DNA of 64,000 nt from an uncultured bacterium (GCA_964619725.1 CAZUFC010000009.1:58815-122814), one strand, 5' to 3'; counted from the stretch's first letter, positions 10,035 through 20,638 are shown. Notes: a model not told the origin generated them from the letters alone. A program made the numbers and translations.

Positions 10035-12347
10035 ATGGCTCCCAACTGCCTGAAATTTAACATGAAAGAGCTCAAAGAATTCCTGCAATTAAAAAGGAAT
10101 ATTCAGAATTCAGAATACCTGGCAGATGCTTTCAAAATGGCGGCACGGTTTTTGATGGATGTAATTGGTTTCGAAGAGTTAGGTTTAGTTGTCAAAAAGG
10201 AACAGAAAGGAATTGATTACAGCTTTTACAATTATGATAAGTCGGGTTTTAAGCAATCTTCAACCTTACCCAAATCTATTCAACCATGGAATCAAGCGCC
10301 GGAACTTTTGAAGAAAGCAAACGAACCGGTTACCCTTCTAAGGATTAAAAAAAATTCAAAATCGGAACCAATATGGTTATGCTGTTGTAATGGTGAAACT
10401 TCATTACAGGCTGCTGGAATGCTTGCAGGAAAAATATCGGAAAAAAAACCTGAATTGGAAATCATAAAAGAAATAATGGTTGAGACTTCAACTCTTCTGT
10501 ATTCTCTGTTTCCCGAACCGAGAAGGAGCGATCCAGATAAAGTGATACCTTTCGGAAAGAACGGAGAAGCCGATCCCAGGACTCCTTTTATTGAGAGAAC
10601 GATTAACATGATTACCGAAAAACTTAACCCTAACGCAACAGCAGTGGGAATACTTGATAATACTGAGGAAATGCTGATAGTGCGCCAGAAATGGTCTCGG
10701 GGATTGGAGGGATTCCCTGACGAACTAAAGTTTGTTCCCAGTAAAGGTATAACAGGGAGAGTATTGAGTGAATTAAAGACTGTTATAATTGAAGACATTT
10801 CAAAAATACGCAAGGAGGACCCGCAAGCTTATATTTTAGCTCCTTTTACGGGGGTGCTGTCTTCCATTGCAGCGCCTGTAAAACGAGGAAGAAGATTGTA
10901 TGGTGTATTGGTAGTTGATTCCGCCCGTCGTTCCGCATTCGATGAAAAATCCAGAGAGTACATTACTGAAGCGGCAGAAGAATTGGGAATGCATCTTGCC
11001 CGGATAGAAAATCAGGAACGACAAAGAAGGACGGAAGAGCAAAGAAAAAGTTTCGATCATCTCCATGAAATAATGAGCAGCGTGGCTTTACAGTTAAGTG
11101 AGCTTGCTTCGACTCAAGGTATTTTTGATGAGATTTCAGGAAAGCTTGCAAACGTAATTCCGTGTGACGGTTGCGGAGCTTTTTCTCTTTCTAATGACGG
11201 ATCAACTGTTGAAATAGTCGCCCATCACAACCTTCCAATCCAAAGTTTTCACAGATTCAGAAATCGACTTGCACGAAGCCCGATCGGTGATGTAATCAGA
11301 GAAGGAAAAACATATCTGGAAGCCAATGCTCAGGGTCCAAGAAGCATGCCCGTATTTACGAACCTGTTGAACTGGCTTGAATTCAAGTCATGCATTATCG
11401 TTCCCATTCTACGTGCTGAAAATATGCCTTTAGCTTTGATGGCCATACATGAACAGCCGAATAAATATTCAGATATTCATTTAGGAGAATTGTTGCAGGT
11501 GGCTGGACTCCTGACGGTTATGGAACCCTTACGAAGGTTTGAAGATACAGTTCGACGGATAGCGCCCAGCTTGAATTATGCTTTACTTTCAGCCGGGGCT
11601 CATCATGAAGTGAAAAACGCGTTGCATGTAATGAATCCGGCTTTGTTCGGCTTCAATGAATTACTGGAAAAATCGCCCGAGGAAATCATAAATATTCTAA
11701 AGATCGAAGATCAATTTCAAAAATATAAAAACTGGGCTGCAGATGCATTGAATCAGGAAGAGCAAATAAATCGCTGGATAAGCAATTTAGTCGGTTATTT
11801 AAAGGTATGCGGCGAACAGCGTGTGGAACTTCGGCTTTTCGAGTTAATAGAGCAAGCGATGTCTGCAGTAAGATTCCAGGCGGAAAACAGAAGAGTAAAC
11901 TTAGATATCGATGGTGATGACTCCATAACAATAGTGACTGAACCTGTCAGGTTGAGGCAAGTACTCGTAAATTTGTTATTAAACGCCATATATGCAGCCT
12001 CTATAGGACCTAATAAAGATAATGCAAAAGTGAAATGTCTGTTTTTTCTTTTGGAAAATGATGTTGACGAAGAAATAATTATTGAAATCAACGATAATGG
12101 TCCAGGAATTTCTAAAGGACTAAAAACGAAAATATTTCGTCCTGGTTTTACTACACGAAAAGAGGGGGGGACAGGTCTCGGTCTCTGGATATGTCGCTTG
12201 TTCGTTGATGAGTTGAGAGGGCATCTCGATTTTGAATCAATCATAAATAAAGAAACAACGTTCATAATTAAATTACCGTTAAATTTGGATGACGATTTCT
12301 CATTGTCATCAGGTAGAGGCGGAGGACATATTGATGAATATGGGTAA
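10035..12347 (+). CDS. GAF-GAF sensor histidine kinase (cytoplasmic)
   Basis: Two GAF-like segments (SIAAPV...GVLVVDS...AFD), H-box HHEVKNAL, N-box QVLVNLLLNAI, DNGPGI, FTTR..GGTGLGL; no TM helices seen. Confidence 0.88.
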   Translation: MAPNCLKFNMKELKEFLQLKRNIQNSEYLADAFKMAARFLMDVIGFEELGLVVKKEQKGIDYSFYNYDKSGFKQSSTLPKSIQPWNQAPELLKKANEPVTLLRIKKNSKSEPIWLCCCNGETSLQAAGMLAGKISEKKPELEIIKEIMVETSTLLYSLFPEPRRSDPDKVIPFGKNGEADPRTPFIERTINMITEKLNPNATAVGILDNTEEMLIVRQKWSRGLEGFPDELKFVPSKGITGRVLSELKTVIIEDISKIRKEDPQAYILAPFTGVLSSIAAPVKRGRRLYGVLVVDSARRSAFDEKSREYITEAAEELGMHLARIENQERQRRTEEQRKSFDHLHEIMSSVALQLSELASTQGIFDEISGKLANVIPCDGCGAFSLSNDGSTVEIVAHHNLPIQSFHRFRNRLARSPIGDVIREGKTYLEANAQGPRSMPVFTNLLNWLEFKSCIIVPILRAENMPLALMAIHEQPNKYSDIHLGELLQVAGLLTVMEPLRRFEDTVRRIAPSLNYALLSAGAHHEVKNALHVMNPALFGFNELLEKSPEEIINILKIEDQFQKYKNWAADALNQEEQINRWISNLVGYLKVCGEQRVELRLFELIEQAMSAVRFQAENRRVNLDIDGDDSITIVTEPVRLRQVLVNLLLNAIYAASIGPNKDNAKVKCLFFLLENDVDEEIIIEINDNGPGISKGLKTKIFRPGFTTRKEGGTGLGLWICRLFVDELRGHLDFESIINKETTFIIKLPLNLDDDFSLSSGRGGGHIDEYG

Positions 12348-15300
12348 CGGCATTGGATTTTCTGCAAGAAATGAAGAAAAAATCCTTTTGATTGATGACG
12401 AAGAAAAGGTTCTAAAAACGTGGATTCCCCTAATTCAGGATTGGGGTTATAAAGTTTCTGGCGCCGGAACTTTGGATCAGGCAAGACGTTTGTTGAACAA
12501 CGACCATTTTGATGCAATTGTCCTGGACCTGAGATTAAAGGAAGGGGACAGGGCCGGGCTTGATTTTCTTAAAGAAATCCGCAGAGAATGGCCCAAGATT
12601 GCTGTCCTTGTTCTGACCGGATATGGCAAAGAACTGCTAACTATCAGAGATGCTATGCATCTGGGAGCCGATGAATATTGCGAAAAAGGAGAAGTGCCTG
12701 CCACTATAAGGACTCATCTGAATCGCGCCATAAAACATCAAAACATGAAAAACGAGCTGGAAAGCATCCATAGAGTCCGGGAGGACCAACTTAAAGCATT
12801 GAGCAAACTGACTGAGCAGGTCAGTCGACCAATGGCCGGTGGAGAATTAACGAAAACGTTCGTTGAGTTAGCAATAAAGCACACGGGTTGTAAATACGGA
12901 ACTGCACATCTTGTGGACAAAGACAGGGTTACTATTGAGTATTACTCGCATGGTTTGACTCCGTGCAAACCTGAAGATGTTTTCATCGTCGGAAGAAAAT
13001 GCCCGGCGCTGTCAAACAGACGAATGGACAAAAATGAAGAAATCGACAATTCGAAAAGTTCCAAAAAACATGTCTACTGGATTCATTACAAAGAAAAACC
13101 ACGTTCGCTGTTAGCAATCCCCATGCTCTACAAAAACAATATTATGGGCGTTCTAAGCATTGGCGATGATAAACCTCGCATTTTTAAGCAGGATGAAATA
13201 CGTTTTCTTGAGATTCTTGCTTATCAAGCTGCGATAATTGCCCAAAGCAATTTGGATATCTGGGAAGCAAAAGCGTTAAATGACCTTGACGATAAACTCA
13301 AGTTTTCCTATGATCATCAGGAATATTTAACGAAGACGGCAAACTTCATCATGAAATTTTTTGAAGCAGAAAATTTACTTATATATATTCCTCCTGATAA
13401 TTTCATCTGTTTGCCTGATGAAAAGAAACGGTCCGATTCGCTTCAAAATATGGCAAAGCGAATAGCTTCTGATTCGGGAAGTTCTGAAATATATTCCTGT
13501 CACCATCTACCGCTTCAAGACGGCTTCAAGACAATGCTGGGAGTCCCGTTAAATTTCGGAGATGAGAGATTGGGTTCTTTAGTGCTTGCAGATCGAAAAC
13601 AATCGGCAAACTGGGAATGTCGATTTTCCCGATATGATGAAGCGCTTCTTTTAGAAATGAGTGAATGCCTGGCTGCAGCTATTTCCAGGGAAAGACTTCG
13701 CAATATTGTTGAGCAAAGAAACAGGGAGCTCAAAACGCTGAACAGCATAAACGATGAACTGAATAAAACAAACAATTCTGATCAGGTCATTCGTTTAATA
13801 GCAAAACAGACTAAAGACCTGCTTCGAGCACGTGAGTGCAGCGTTTTTGCTCTTGCTGACCACGAGGACCTCTATAACCTGGCGAGGCAGAAAATTTTTC
13901 CTCTGGAAAAAATTAAAGAACCTACTTTCCTTCTCCGAGCGACTACTGATGAATCATTAAGCGCTCTGGAAGGCAAAGTTTTTTATCAATTCGGCGAATC
14001 ATTGACAGGACGTCTTGCGTTATTACCGGGCTCATATTGTAATAATCATTTGTCGGAAACAGAACATGTTCATCCCAGATATGCTCCGCGCCTGAATTAC
14101 CACCATTTTATGGGTATTTCTCTCCGTTCGACCAGAGGCGATGTTATCGGCGCCATTAAAGTTATGGACAAGCATGACGAGAACGGTGAATTGACGGCAG
14201 ACGGTTTCGAACCTCAGGATGAAGCCCTTCTCCAGGATATTGCATCACAGGCTGCTATTGCCCTGGAAAAAGCCCTCCTTATGGAAAAAATTCAATTAAC
14301 TGAAGAGCGCTGGCGGACCCTGCTCAACTTTACGGACACCCTTCAGCATTCGCTTCGTGAGGAAGAAATATTATATATGTTTCTCACGGGTCTGACGATT
14401 AAGGAAGGTCTTGGCTTCAACAGGGCGATTTTACTGATGCCGGATGAAACGGAAGAAAATCTTCAGGGCAACATGGCAATTGGACCCGCTGATGAAAGTG
14501 ACGCAGAACGTATCTGGAACGAACTGAATGAAATTAATTTCAGTTTTGAAATGGCGAAAAGGACCTATTATGAGCAGGGTTACAATCGGAACAGCCCGAT
14601 TCAACAGTTGGCGAATAATATTTCAGTGCCGTTGGATATTAAAGACGACATTTTTCCGCGCGCGACGTATTATCATGGAAAATCCATAAGGATAGACATG
14701 GAAGTAACCCCTGCAAAAGTCTTCCAGGATTACCTTGAAAAAATTAATACAGGAGCTTTCGCCCTGGCGCCTCTTATTGCAGGCGGTAAAATACTGGGCG
14801 CTATCCATGTCGATAATCGTTTTAATTCGCGTCCGATCACAGATGAAGACATGGATGCTTTAGAAATTTTCACGGCAAAAGCCGCCGGCGCTTTGAATAA
14901 CGCCCGGTCTCTTGAAGAAGCAAGCAAAGCAAGCTATATTGATTTTACTCAAACCGCGCATTCATATGCCGACAACGTTTCTGCAATAAGGAATGTTCTG
15001 TCATCCGCTATGGATTTTGCCGTAAAATCACATCCGACTGACGGAAAACTGATGAAATACCTGGAACGAATTTCGAGCGATATGAATAAATTAGCCCGGG
15101 TATCAAAGAATATTACATTGCTGAGCAGAAGCTCTAAACTTTCACCAAAGCCCATCGATATTAACGAAATTTTGGAAAAGTGGAGTGAATCCAAAACCGA
15201 AAGTATCAGGAAAAGGATAAAGTTATCTATTGATTGCAAAGAGAAGGTCCTCGCCGATTCAAAAAAATTAAAAGGCGTGTTGGATGAATTACTGAATAAC

Positions 15301-15633
15301 GCTTTACGATATTCGCCTGACGACACTAATATTTCGGTCAAAGCTGTAAAAACAGGGAAAGAAATTTTCCAGCAGTTAACATATCCGATTTCAAGACATG
15401 AAAATTGGATTCATCTTTCTGTTGCGGATTCAGGACCTGGTATAAATAATGAAGAAAAAAGAAAGATTTTTTTGCCGCTCGTATCAGATCAGAAAGAACT
15501 CGGAAGAGGCATGGGACTGCCGATAGCAAGAAAAGATATGGAAGATCAGGGCGGATTTTTATTTGAGGAGGGCGTTCCCGGCAAGGGTGCGCGTTTTGTC
15601 ATTTTACTTCCGTTATATCTGAAAGGATGTTAA
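12334..15633 (+). CDS. hybrid REC-(GAF)n-histidine kinase
   Basis: N-terminal receiver (LIDDE, LDLRL, LTGY, K), about four GAF-like segments, ELLNNALRY, DSGPGI, GRGMGL. GGAGGA RBS before ATG 12334. Confidence 0.88.
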   Translation: MNMGNGIGFSARNEEKILLIDDEEKVLKTWIPLIQDWGYKVSGAGTLDQARRLLNNDHFDAIVLDLRLKEGDRAGLDFLKEIRREWPKIAVLVLTGYGKELLTIRDAMHLGADEYCEKGEVPATIRTHLNRAIKHQNMKNELESIHRVREDQLKALSKLTEQVSRPMAGGELTKTFVELAIKHTGCKYGTAHLVDKDRVTIEYYSHGLTPCKPEDVFIVGRKCPALSNRRMDKNEEIDNSKSSKKHVYWIHYKEKPRSLLAIPMLYKNNIMGVLSIGDDKPRIFKQDEIRFLEILAYQAAIIAQSNLDIWEAKALNDLDDKLKFSYDHQEYLTKTANFIMKFFEAENLLIYIPPDNFICLPDEKKRSDSLQNMAKRIASDSGSSEIYSCHHLPLQDGFKTMLGVPLNFGDERLGSLVLADRKQSANWECRFSRYDEALLLEMSECLAAAISRERLRNIVEQRNRELKTLNSINDELNKTNNSDQVIRLIAKQTKDLLRARECSVFALADHEDLYNLARQKIFPLEKIKEPTFLLRATTDESLSALEGKVFYQFGESLTGRLALLPGSYCNNHLSETEHVHPRYAPRLNYHHFMGISLRSTRGDVIGAIKVMDKHDENGELTADGFEPQDEALLQDIASQAAIALEKALLMEKIQLTEERWRTLLNFTDTLQHSLREEEILYMFLTGLTIKEGLGFNRAILLMPDETEENLQGNMAIGPADESDAERIWNELNEINFSFEMAKRTYYEQGYNRNSPIQQLANNISVPLDIKDDIFPRATYYHGKSIRIDMEVTPAKVFQDYLEKINTGAFALAPLIAGGKILGAIHVDNRFNSRPITDEDMDALEIFTAKAAGALNNARSLEEASKASYIDFTQTAHSYADNVSAIRNVLSSAMDFAVKSHPTDGKLMKYLERISSDMNKLARVSKNITLLSRSSKLSPKPIDINEILEKWSESKTESIRKRIKLSIDCKEKVLADSKKLKGVLDELLNNALRYSPDDTNISVKAVKTGKEIFQQLTYPISRHENWIHLSVADSGPGINNEEKRKIFLPLVSDQKELGRGMGLPIARKDMEDQGGFLFEEGVPGKGARFVILLPLYLKGC

Positions 15634-15640
15634 AAGGTCT

Positions 15641-16477
15641 ATGTGCAATAAACTGAGTCTCCTTATCGTAGATGATGATCCCCGTCAACGCGTAACCCTT
15701 CATGAAGGAATCGAGGAAATGGGTATCTTTGATGAAATAACGGCCGTCGATTCTGAGAAGAAAGCTATTGATATTATTGAAAACCAGAAGCTGGCATTCA
15801 ATCTAGTCCTTCTTGACCTGCGGATGCAGAGAAAAGATTCAGGATTAAGATTTCTGAAAAAGTTGAAGAATAATCCGGATTATAAAGATACGGAGGTCAT
15901 CGTTCTTACTGTCGTTGAAGATGTTCCCGTACGAAATGAGGTGATGAGCTCCGGAGCTGATTATTATATAGAAAAGTGCCAGAGTTATGCCCCATTGGAT
16001 ATTATCAGGGAACGCGTGCGAGGTTTATCAGATAAAATAAAATTAAAACGATTGCGGCAGACAATAGAGTCAAATTCAACGGAACTGAATCAAAATAAGG
16101 CATTTGTCGCATTTCCTTACCAGCCATGTTTCGATGATGTTTTTCATTTGATTAAAACTGTTTCATATCAGGCACAAGTACAAACAGTCAGGGCAGACAA
16201 TATATCAAAATCCGTCCCTTTGACTGCTTCAATGTTTAAAGCAATCGAAGAATGTTTGTATTTCATTTGCGACATAACACATTCAAATCCGAATGTTATG
16301 CTGGAGTTGGGATACGCTATGGCGCTTCACCCGGAAAGAGAAATATTGATCTTATGCGATAAAGCCTCTGAACTCCCTGTTGATATTCGCGGATACGTAA
16401 TTCAGAAATATGATCGTATCAGTTTACAGGGAACTCTGAAAGGAATCCTTGAGAATTTTTTTTCGATTCAAAAATAA
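15641..16477 (+). CDS. response regulator: REC fused to nucleoside 2-deoxyribosyltransferase-like (TIR-like fold) domain
   Basis: REC (IVDDD, LDLRM); C-terminal AFVAFPY..FDDVF..I......RAD...ICDITHSNPNVMLELGYAMAL...LPVDI. Confidence 0.8.
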   Translation: MCNKLSLLIVDDDPRQRVTLHEGIEEMGIFDEITAVDSEKKAIDIIENQKLAFNLVLLDLRMQRKDSGLRFLKKLKNNPDYKDTEVIVLTVVEDVPVRNEVMSSGADYYIEKCQSYAPLDIIRERVRGLSDKIKLKRLRQTIESNSTELNQNKAFVAFPYQPCFDDVFHLIKTVSYQAQVQTVRADNISKSVPLTASMFKAIEECLYFICDITHSNPNVMLELGYAMALHPEREILILCDKASELPVDIRGYVIQKYDRISLQGTLKGILENFFSIQK

Positions 16478-16683
16478 TGTTAAGTCCGAATTGAAAATCA
16501 GCCTGCAAATAACTATAAAAGAAAATTGACTATTTCCTGAAAAGCAGGTAATAAAAATAAAAGGGTGGGGCCAGTCGAGTCATCACGTCGACCGATTTTT
16601 AATTTTACTTAGAAATCTTAAAATGACCCCGGGTTGATAAAAACAAAAAATTCTTTTTTCTAATTTTTCTATGCCAGTCAAGA

Positions 16684-18231
16684 ATGGGATTGGGTAGGTG
16701 CATGATGTGCAGTAATTCAGAATTATTTTGCAGCTTCTATTCGTTCAGAAGCAGCATCGAAAGATCAACCGCATTGCTTAATACAGCTTTAATATTAGCT
16801 AAACGAGCTTTCAGAGTAATCGTCATCGATTTCGATCTGGAAGCTCCGGGATTAAGTTTCATCGGCGAGCTTTATCCTGAGGGTGAAATCAAAAAGCAAG
16901 CGGGTGTTCTCGAATATCTTCATTCGTCCCTGGTGGAAAGCAGTGCGCTTGAGATTAAGCAATGTGTCGTTAAACCCGCGGCTTTCCCTGATGGTTGTTA
17001 TTTCATGCCCGCCGGACGTTGGGATAATCAATATGTTAAAAGGTTGAACGAATTGGACCTGGGAAAAAGGCTTGAAACTGATACAAAAACCGTTACCCAA
17101 TTGTTGGAATTATTTCGACAGGAAATTATCGAATACTGCAAGCCTGATATCGTTTTGATAGATTCCAGGACAGGACTTTCCGATGAGGGAGGTCTTTGCG
17201 TCCTTCAAATTACCCAGTATGTGTTCCTTATCGGAGCATTGAGCGTTCAGAATATCGAAGGATTATCTCTGGTCAAGCAACTGATAGAATCATTCAAATT
17301 TAGTAACCGACATTACCTGAAAACCTTTTTGGTCGCTTCACAGGCGCCGGAAGGAGAAGATGTGATTCGGGAAGAGATGTTTCAAGTTATGCACGAGAAG
17401 TTGGGGAAATATCCTGATGTAGTCGTTCCGTATAATCCTCGTTTGGCATTCAAAGAAGAAATCGGCTTTATTCAACGGCCGCATTCGTTATTGGCAAAAG
17501 CTTATGCTTCCATTGCCGATAAGATATGCAGCGTAAGACGAAATGAAAAAGCCGGTATTTTAAAATCAAAGGCTGAAGAAAAAATGGACAGGGGAGATTA
17601 TGAACAAGCCTTGAAAAACATTGATAGGGCGCTTGAATTAATTCCGAATGATCCGGACTCTTTATTCATCAGAATCAAGGCGCTTGAAAGGCTTGGTCAT
17701 ATTAAAGCAGCGGATCAGATGAGAAGAAAAATCTTAAAAGAAAAGGCGATGCCGCCCGAAAAAATAAAGGACCTGGTAAGTGAGATAGCTTCGCTCGACC
17801 GTTGGTATGATGAACTGTCTGAGATACTGAATGAAAATGTAAAGATATACGGAGATACACCGGAAGAACCGATGTTCCGGTTGTTGCGAGCGAAAACAGG
17901 CGCAAGGATCGGCGTTCTTCACTTCAGAGCTCTTGAAGACCTGGATTGGCTGATAGAACGGGGCTTTGAACTCGAAAGCGATCTTATTATAACCAGGGTC
18001 AGACTCCTTAGAAGCTACAATAGAACGGATGAAGCGCTGGAATATCTTGCCGAGTCAGTAAAACGTTATCCGGAGGATCATAAATTGTTAAAAACTCTCG
18101 CTTTATTGCTTGCAGACCTCGATTTGAATGAAGAATCATTGAGAGTTATAAAACATGCTTTAATAGCGATGCCGGATGATGAAGATTTGATAAAAGCCCT
18201 GCAGAGAATGGAACACGAATTTAAAGAATAG
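16684..18231 (+). CDS. ParA/MinD-like (KGGVGR-variant family) ATPase with degenerate P-loop plus C-terminal TPRs
   Basis: FYSFRSSIERSTAL in place of FYSFKGGVGRT; intact IDFDLEAPGL, MPAG, LIDSRTGLSD; TPR helices (YEQALKNIDRALELIPND). True start may be 16702/16705. Confidence 0.8.
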   Translation: MGLGRCMMCSNSELFCSFYSFRSSIERSTALLNTALILAKRAFRVIVIDFDLEAPGLSFIGELYPEGEIKKQAGVLEYLHSSLVESSALEIKQCVVKPAAFPDGCYFMPAGRWDNQYVKRLNELDLGKRLETDTKTVTQLLELFRQEIIEYCKPDIVLIDSRTGLSDEGGLCVLQITQYVFLIGALSVQNIEGLSLVKQLIESFKFSNRHYLKTFLVASQAPEGEDVIREEMFQVMHEKLGKYPDVVVPYNPRLAFKEEIGFIQRPHSLLAKAYASIADKICSVRRNEKAGILKSKAEEKMDRGDYEQALKNIDRALELIPNDPDSLFIRIKALERLGHIKAADQMRRKILKEKAMPPEKIKDLVSEIASLDRWYDELSEILNENVKIYGDTPEEPMFRLLRAKTGARIGVLHFRALEDLDWLIERGFELESDLIITRVRLLRSYNRTDEALEYLAESVKRYPEDHKLLKTLALLLADLDLNEESLRVIKHALIAMPDDEDLIKALQRMEHEFKE

Positions 18232-18666
18232 ATTTTTCCGGCATTGATCAAAAAAGCTTCTTATAAAATTATAAAACGGCGCTTTTCATTTCGGATCGTT
18301 TCATTATTTCCTGAGCGCTCACATCAGGTTGCATCCCGCCCTCCCCAGGATTGACAAGCAGCCGGCAAAGGTTATAATGAAATACCGTTTTCCGATGGGA
18401 ATCGTAAAAGAAAAGCGGCATCCTGATCGCGACAAAAAATAATAGAATTTTCGAGCGTGATGACAGACTGTGTTGAAGGGATTGGATTAAAAAATATGGA
18501 TGCAAGAATGAACGAGGTCTTATCAGATGCGGTTTTATGAAGTCCTGGGGATTTCAGACTTGCCGTAGTTGCCGCCTGACAAAGCGCCTCTAAATGTATG
18601 AAGTTATGAAAATAAATCGTCATGATTTCTGAAGATATGGATGAGAAAAAGACTCACGGGATATAG

Positions 18667-19824
18667 ATGAAGGACAGCGACAAAAAAGGTTATCGACAAA
18701 AGTTAAGAGACAATTTCGTCCGAGGGGATGCAGCTTCACGGACGGATTCGGCGCTTCTTAAACTTTTGTTGACTTATGCCTTTCCGCGAAAAGAGATCGA
18801 ATCGACGACAGAAAGTCTGCTTTCGGAATTCGGAAGTCTTTCTTCATTACTGGAGAGCCCGCTTGAAAGGCTCCTTGAACATAATGAAATAAGTAAAAGA
18901 AATGCCGTGCTTATCAAGCTTGTAGATTGGATTCGAATTCATTATGGTCCGAAAATACGGGAAAAAAGAAGGTATAAAGCGCCGCCCCAGGCCTCACTGT
19001 TTGATGAAGATTCTATTAAAGGCGTTGACCGATCATCTTCAGAAGTTATTAAATCTGATGCCAAAAAGGCAAGACCCAGGAGCGGGACATCTATGTTCGG
19101 AAAGGCCATGCTGAGAGAAGCAATAGAAATCCTGCCCGATCTCCCCGACACCGAATCACTGGAAGAGGTTCATGCTTTTCTTCGTGATAACCTGCATTTC
19201 AGTGCGGAACAGACCCGTCGACGCAACGCCTATTACATAACACGCAGGATGTTTCCAGCCGGTTATGCCGATAAGCCTTTACTTTATTTCGCCAGGGCGT
19301 TTCCTGACAGCAGGGAACTGCGTGATGTTTGTTTTTATCGTTTTCTCAAGGCTGAACCGCTTGAAGTGGAAATAATCGAAAAGCTTATTCTTCCCAGTAT
19401 GGGAGCTGGACGTTTAAACCGTGAAAACATCCGGCTGCTGATTACCGAAAAATATCCTGATGCGCGAAGTACAAAAGATTGCGCCCTGGCAGTCGTCGAT
19501 GCGTTAACTGCTGCAGAAATAGTCAGGTCTGATCGCCGAAAGATTACTTTCTCCTACCGGGACATACCCGTAAAGTCGTTTGCTTTTATTCTGCATAGCG
19601 AGTTTCCTGAACCGGGCATGTATGACATCCGAAAAATCGAAGAAAACCGTTTGGTACGGGCGATGCTCTGGAACCCGGAACGAATTCTCCACGCATTGTA
19701 CGAACTGCGAAATCGCCGACTCATCAGTAAAGTATCGGAAATCGACAACATACGTCAGTTTTCGACGAAGCATAAACTTGCAGATATCGTCGAATTGATA
19801 TTGTCACGAGGTAAGCCATCATGA
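18667..19824 (+). CDS. RadC N-terminal HhH-like domain fused to a putative BrxA-like domain
   Basis: GYRQKLRDNF...LLKLLLTYAFPRK...LLSEFGSLSSLLES resembles the UPF0758/RadC N-terminus; no JAB motif. BrxA-like call rests on position and helical/winged-helix character. Confidence 0.55.
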   Translation: MKDSDKKGYRQKLRDNFVRGDAASRTDSALLKLLLTYAFPRKEIESTTESLLSEFGSLSSLLESPLERLLEHNEISKRNAVLIKLVDWIRIHYGPKIREKRRYKAPPQASLFDEDSIKGVDRSSSEVIKSDAKKARPRSGTSMFGKAMLREAIEILPDLPDTESLEEVHAFLRDNLHFSAEQTRRRNAYYITRRMFPAGYADKPLLYFARAFPDSRELRDVCFYRFLKAEPLEVEIIEKLILPSMGAGRLNRENIRLLITEKYPDARSTKDCALAVVDALTAAEIVRSDRRKITFSYRDIPVKSFAFILHSEFPEPGMYDIRKIEENRLVRAMLWNPERILHALYELRNRRLISKVSEIDNIRQFSTKHKLADIVELILSRGKPS

Positions 19825-20345
19825 AGGCGACCGACATCATCGAGGCCGTTCGTCAAAAGCTGACCGTGCCGACGGGACGTCACTTGTACGGCGTTCTGGG
19901 CTCATACAGGCAGCTTGATTCGTTTGCCGGAAAACTCCGTCAGGCCAGGACTATGGAAGGCATCCCTTTTCCCGGACCCGTAAACGTCAACCGGGGCATT
20001 CTTAACGCCATTCCGGACAGCGAATTCAAAAAACTTGCGGAAAACGAAGCCATACGCCCGGAACCTACGGCCGCTCATGTCGCCAGGGCATTCGAAAAAT
20101 TCCTGAAGGAAAACCTCACCGGCAAAGGACTCCTGGTTCTCGCGAAGCTGGAGATGCTTTTCGCCTACAACATCGAACTGGGACTTCTGCGAACCATGGC
20201 TGCGGATGAAAACAGGGCGCTGCTTCTCCTGCCGGGACGACGGTCTCGCGGCCGGGTCATCATGTTTCATGAAATGGAGCAAGGCGATTATACGCTGCCC
20301 AAAAACCTGATCGCTGAAAATCATCTGTGGGAAATTCGAGAATGA
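19821..20345 (+). CDS. BREX small inactive P-loop-fold protein (BrxF/BrxB-like)
   Basis: VNVNRGIL, LLVLAKLEMLF, LLLLPG pattern recalled from BrxF/DUF1788-like proteins; ATGA-coupled to upstream gene. Confidence 0.6.
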   Translation: MKATDIIEAVRQKLTVPTGRHLYGVLGSYRQLDSFAGKLRQARTMEGIPFPGPVNVNRGILNAIPDSEFKKLAENEAIRPEPTAAHVARAFEKFLKENLTGKGLLVLAKLEMLFAYNIELGLLRTMAADENRALLLLPGRRSRGRVIMFHEMEQGDYTLPKNLIAENHLWEIRE

Positions 20346-20638
20346 AAAACGCCGTCAGAAAAAGACGAACGCAATGGTTTAATTCACGCGATATCCTTAT
20401 TGCTAAAAAAACTGATTCAGAAGAGTTTAAATCCATTATAGCGAAAGAACGATTAAAAGCGGAAACCGATAAAACGCCTGATAAATTTATCGAAAATCTT
20501 CCTGAGATCATGAAAAAATTTGACAAGCACGGAAGCGATTATCCCGAGCATGACAAGCGCGATTTCATTAATCAAACCAGCGGCTGTATGAAGGATAGTC
20601 CGATCAGCCCCGGTGAACAGGGAAATATAGTCGCATGA
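20342..20638 (+). CDS. hypothetical protein
   Basis: ATGA overlap with upstream stop; lies within the operon; no motif recognised. Confidence 0.45.
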   Translation: MKNAVRKRRTQWFNSRDILIAKKTDSEEFKSIIAKERLKAETDKTPDKFIENLPEIMKKFDKHGSDYPEHDKRDFINQTSGCMKDSPISPGEQGNIVA

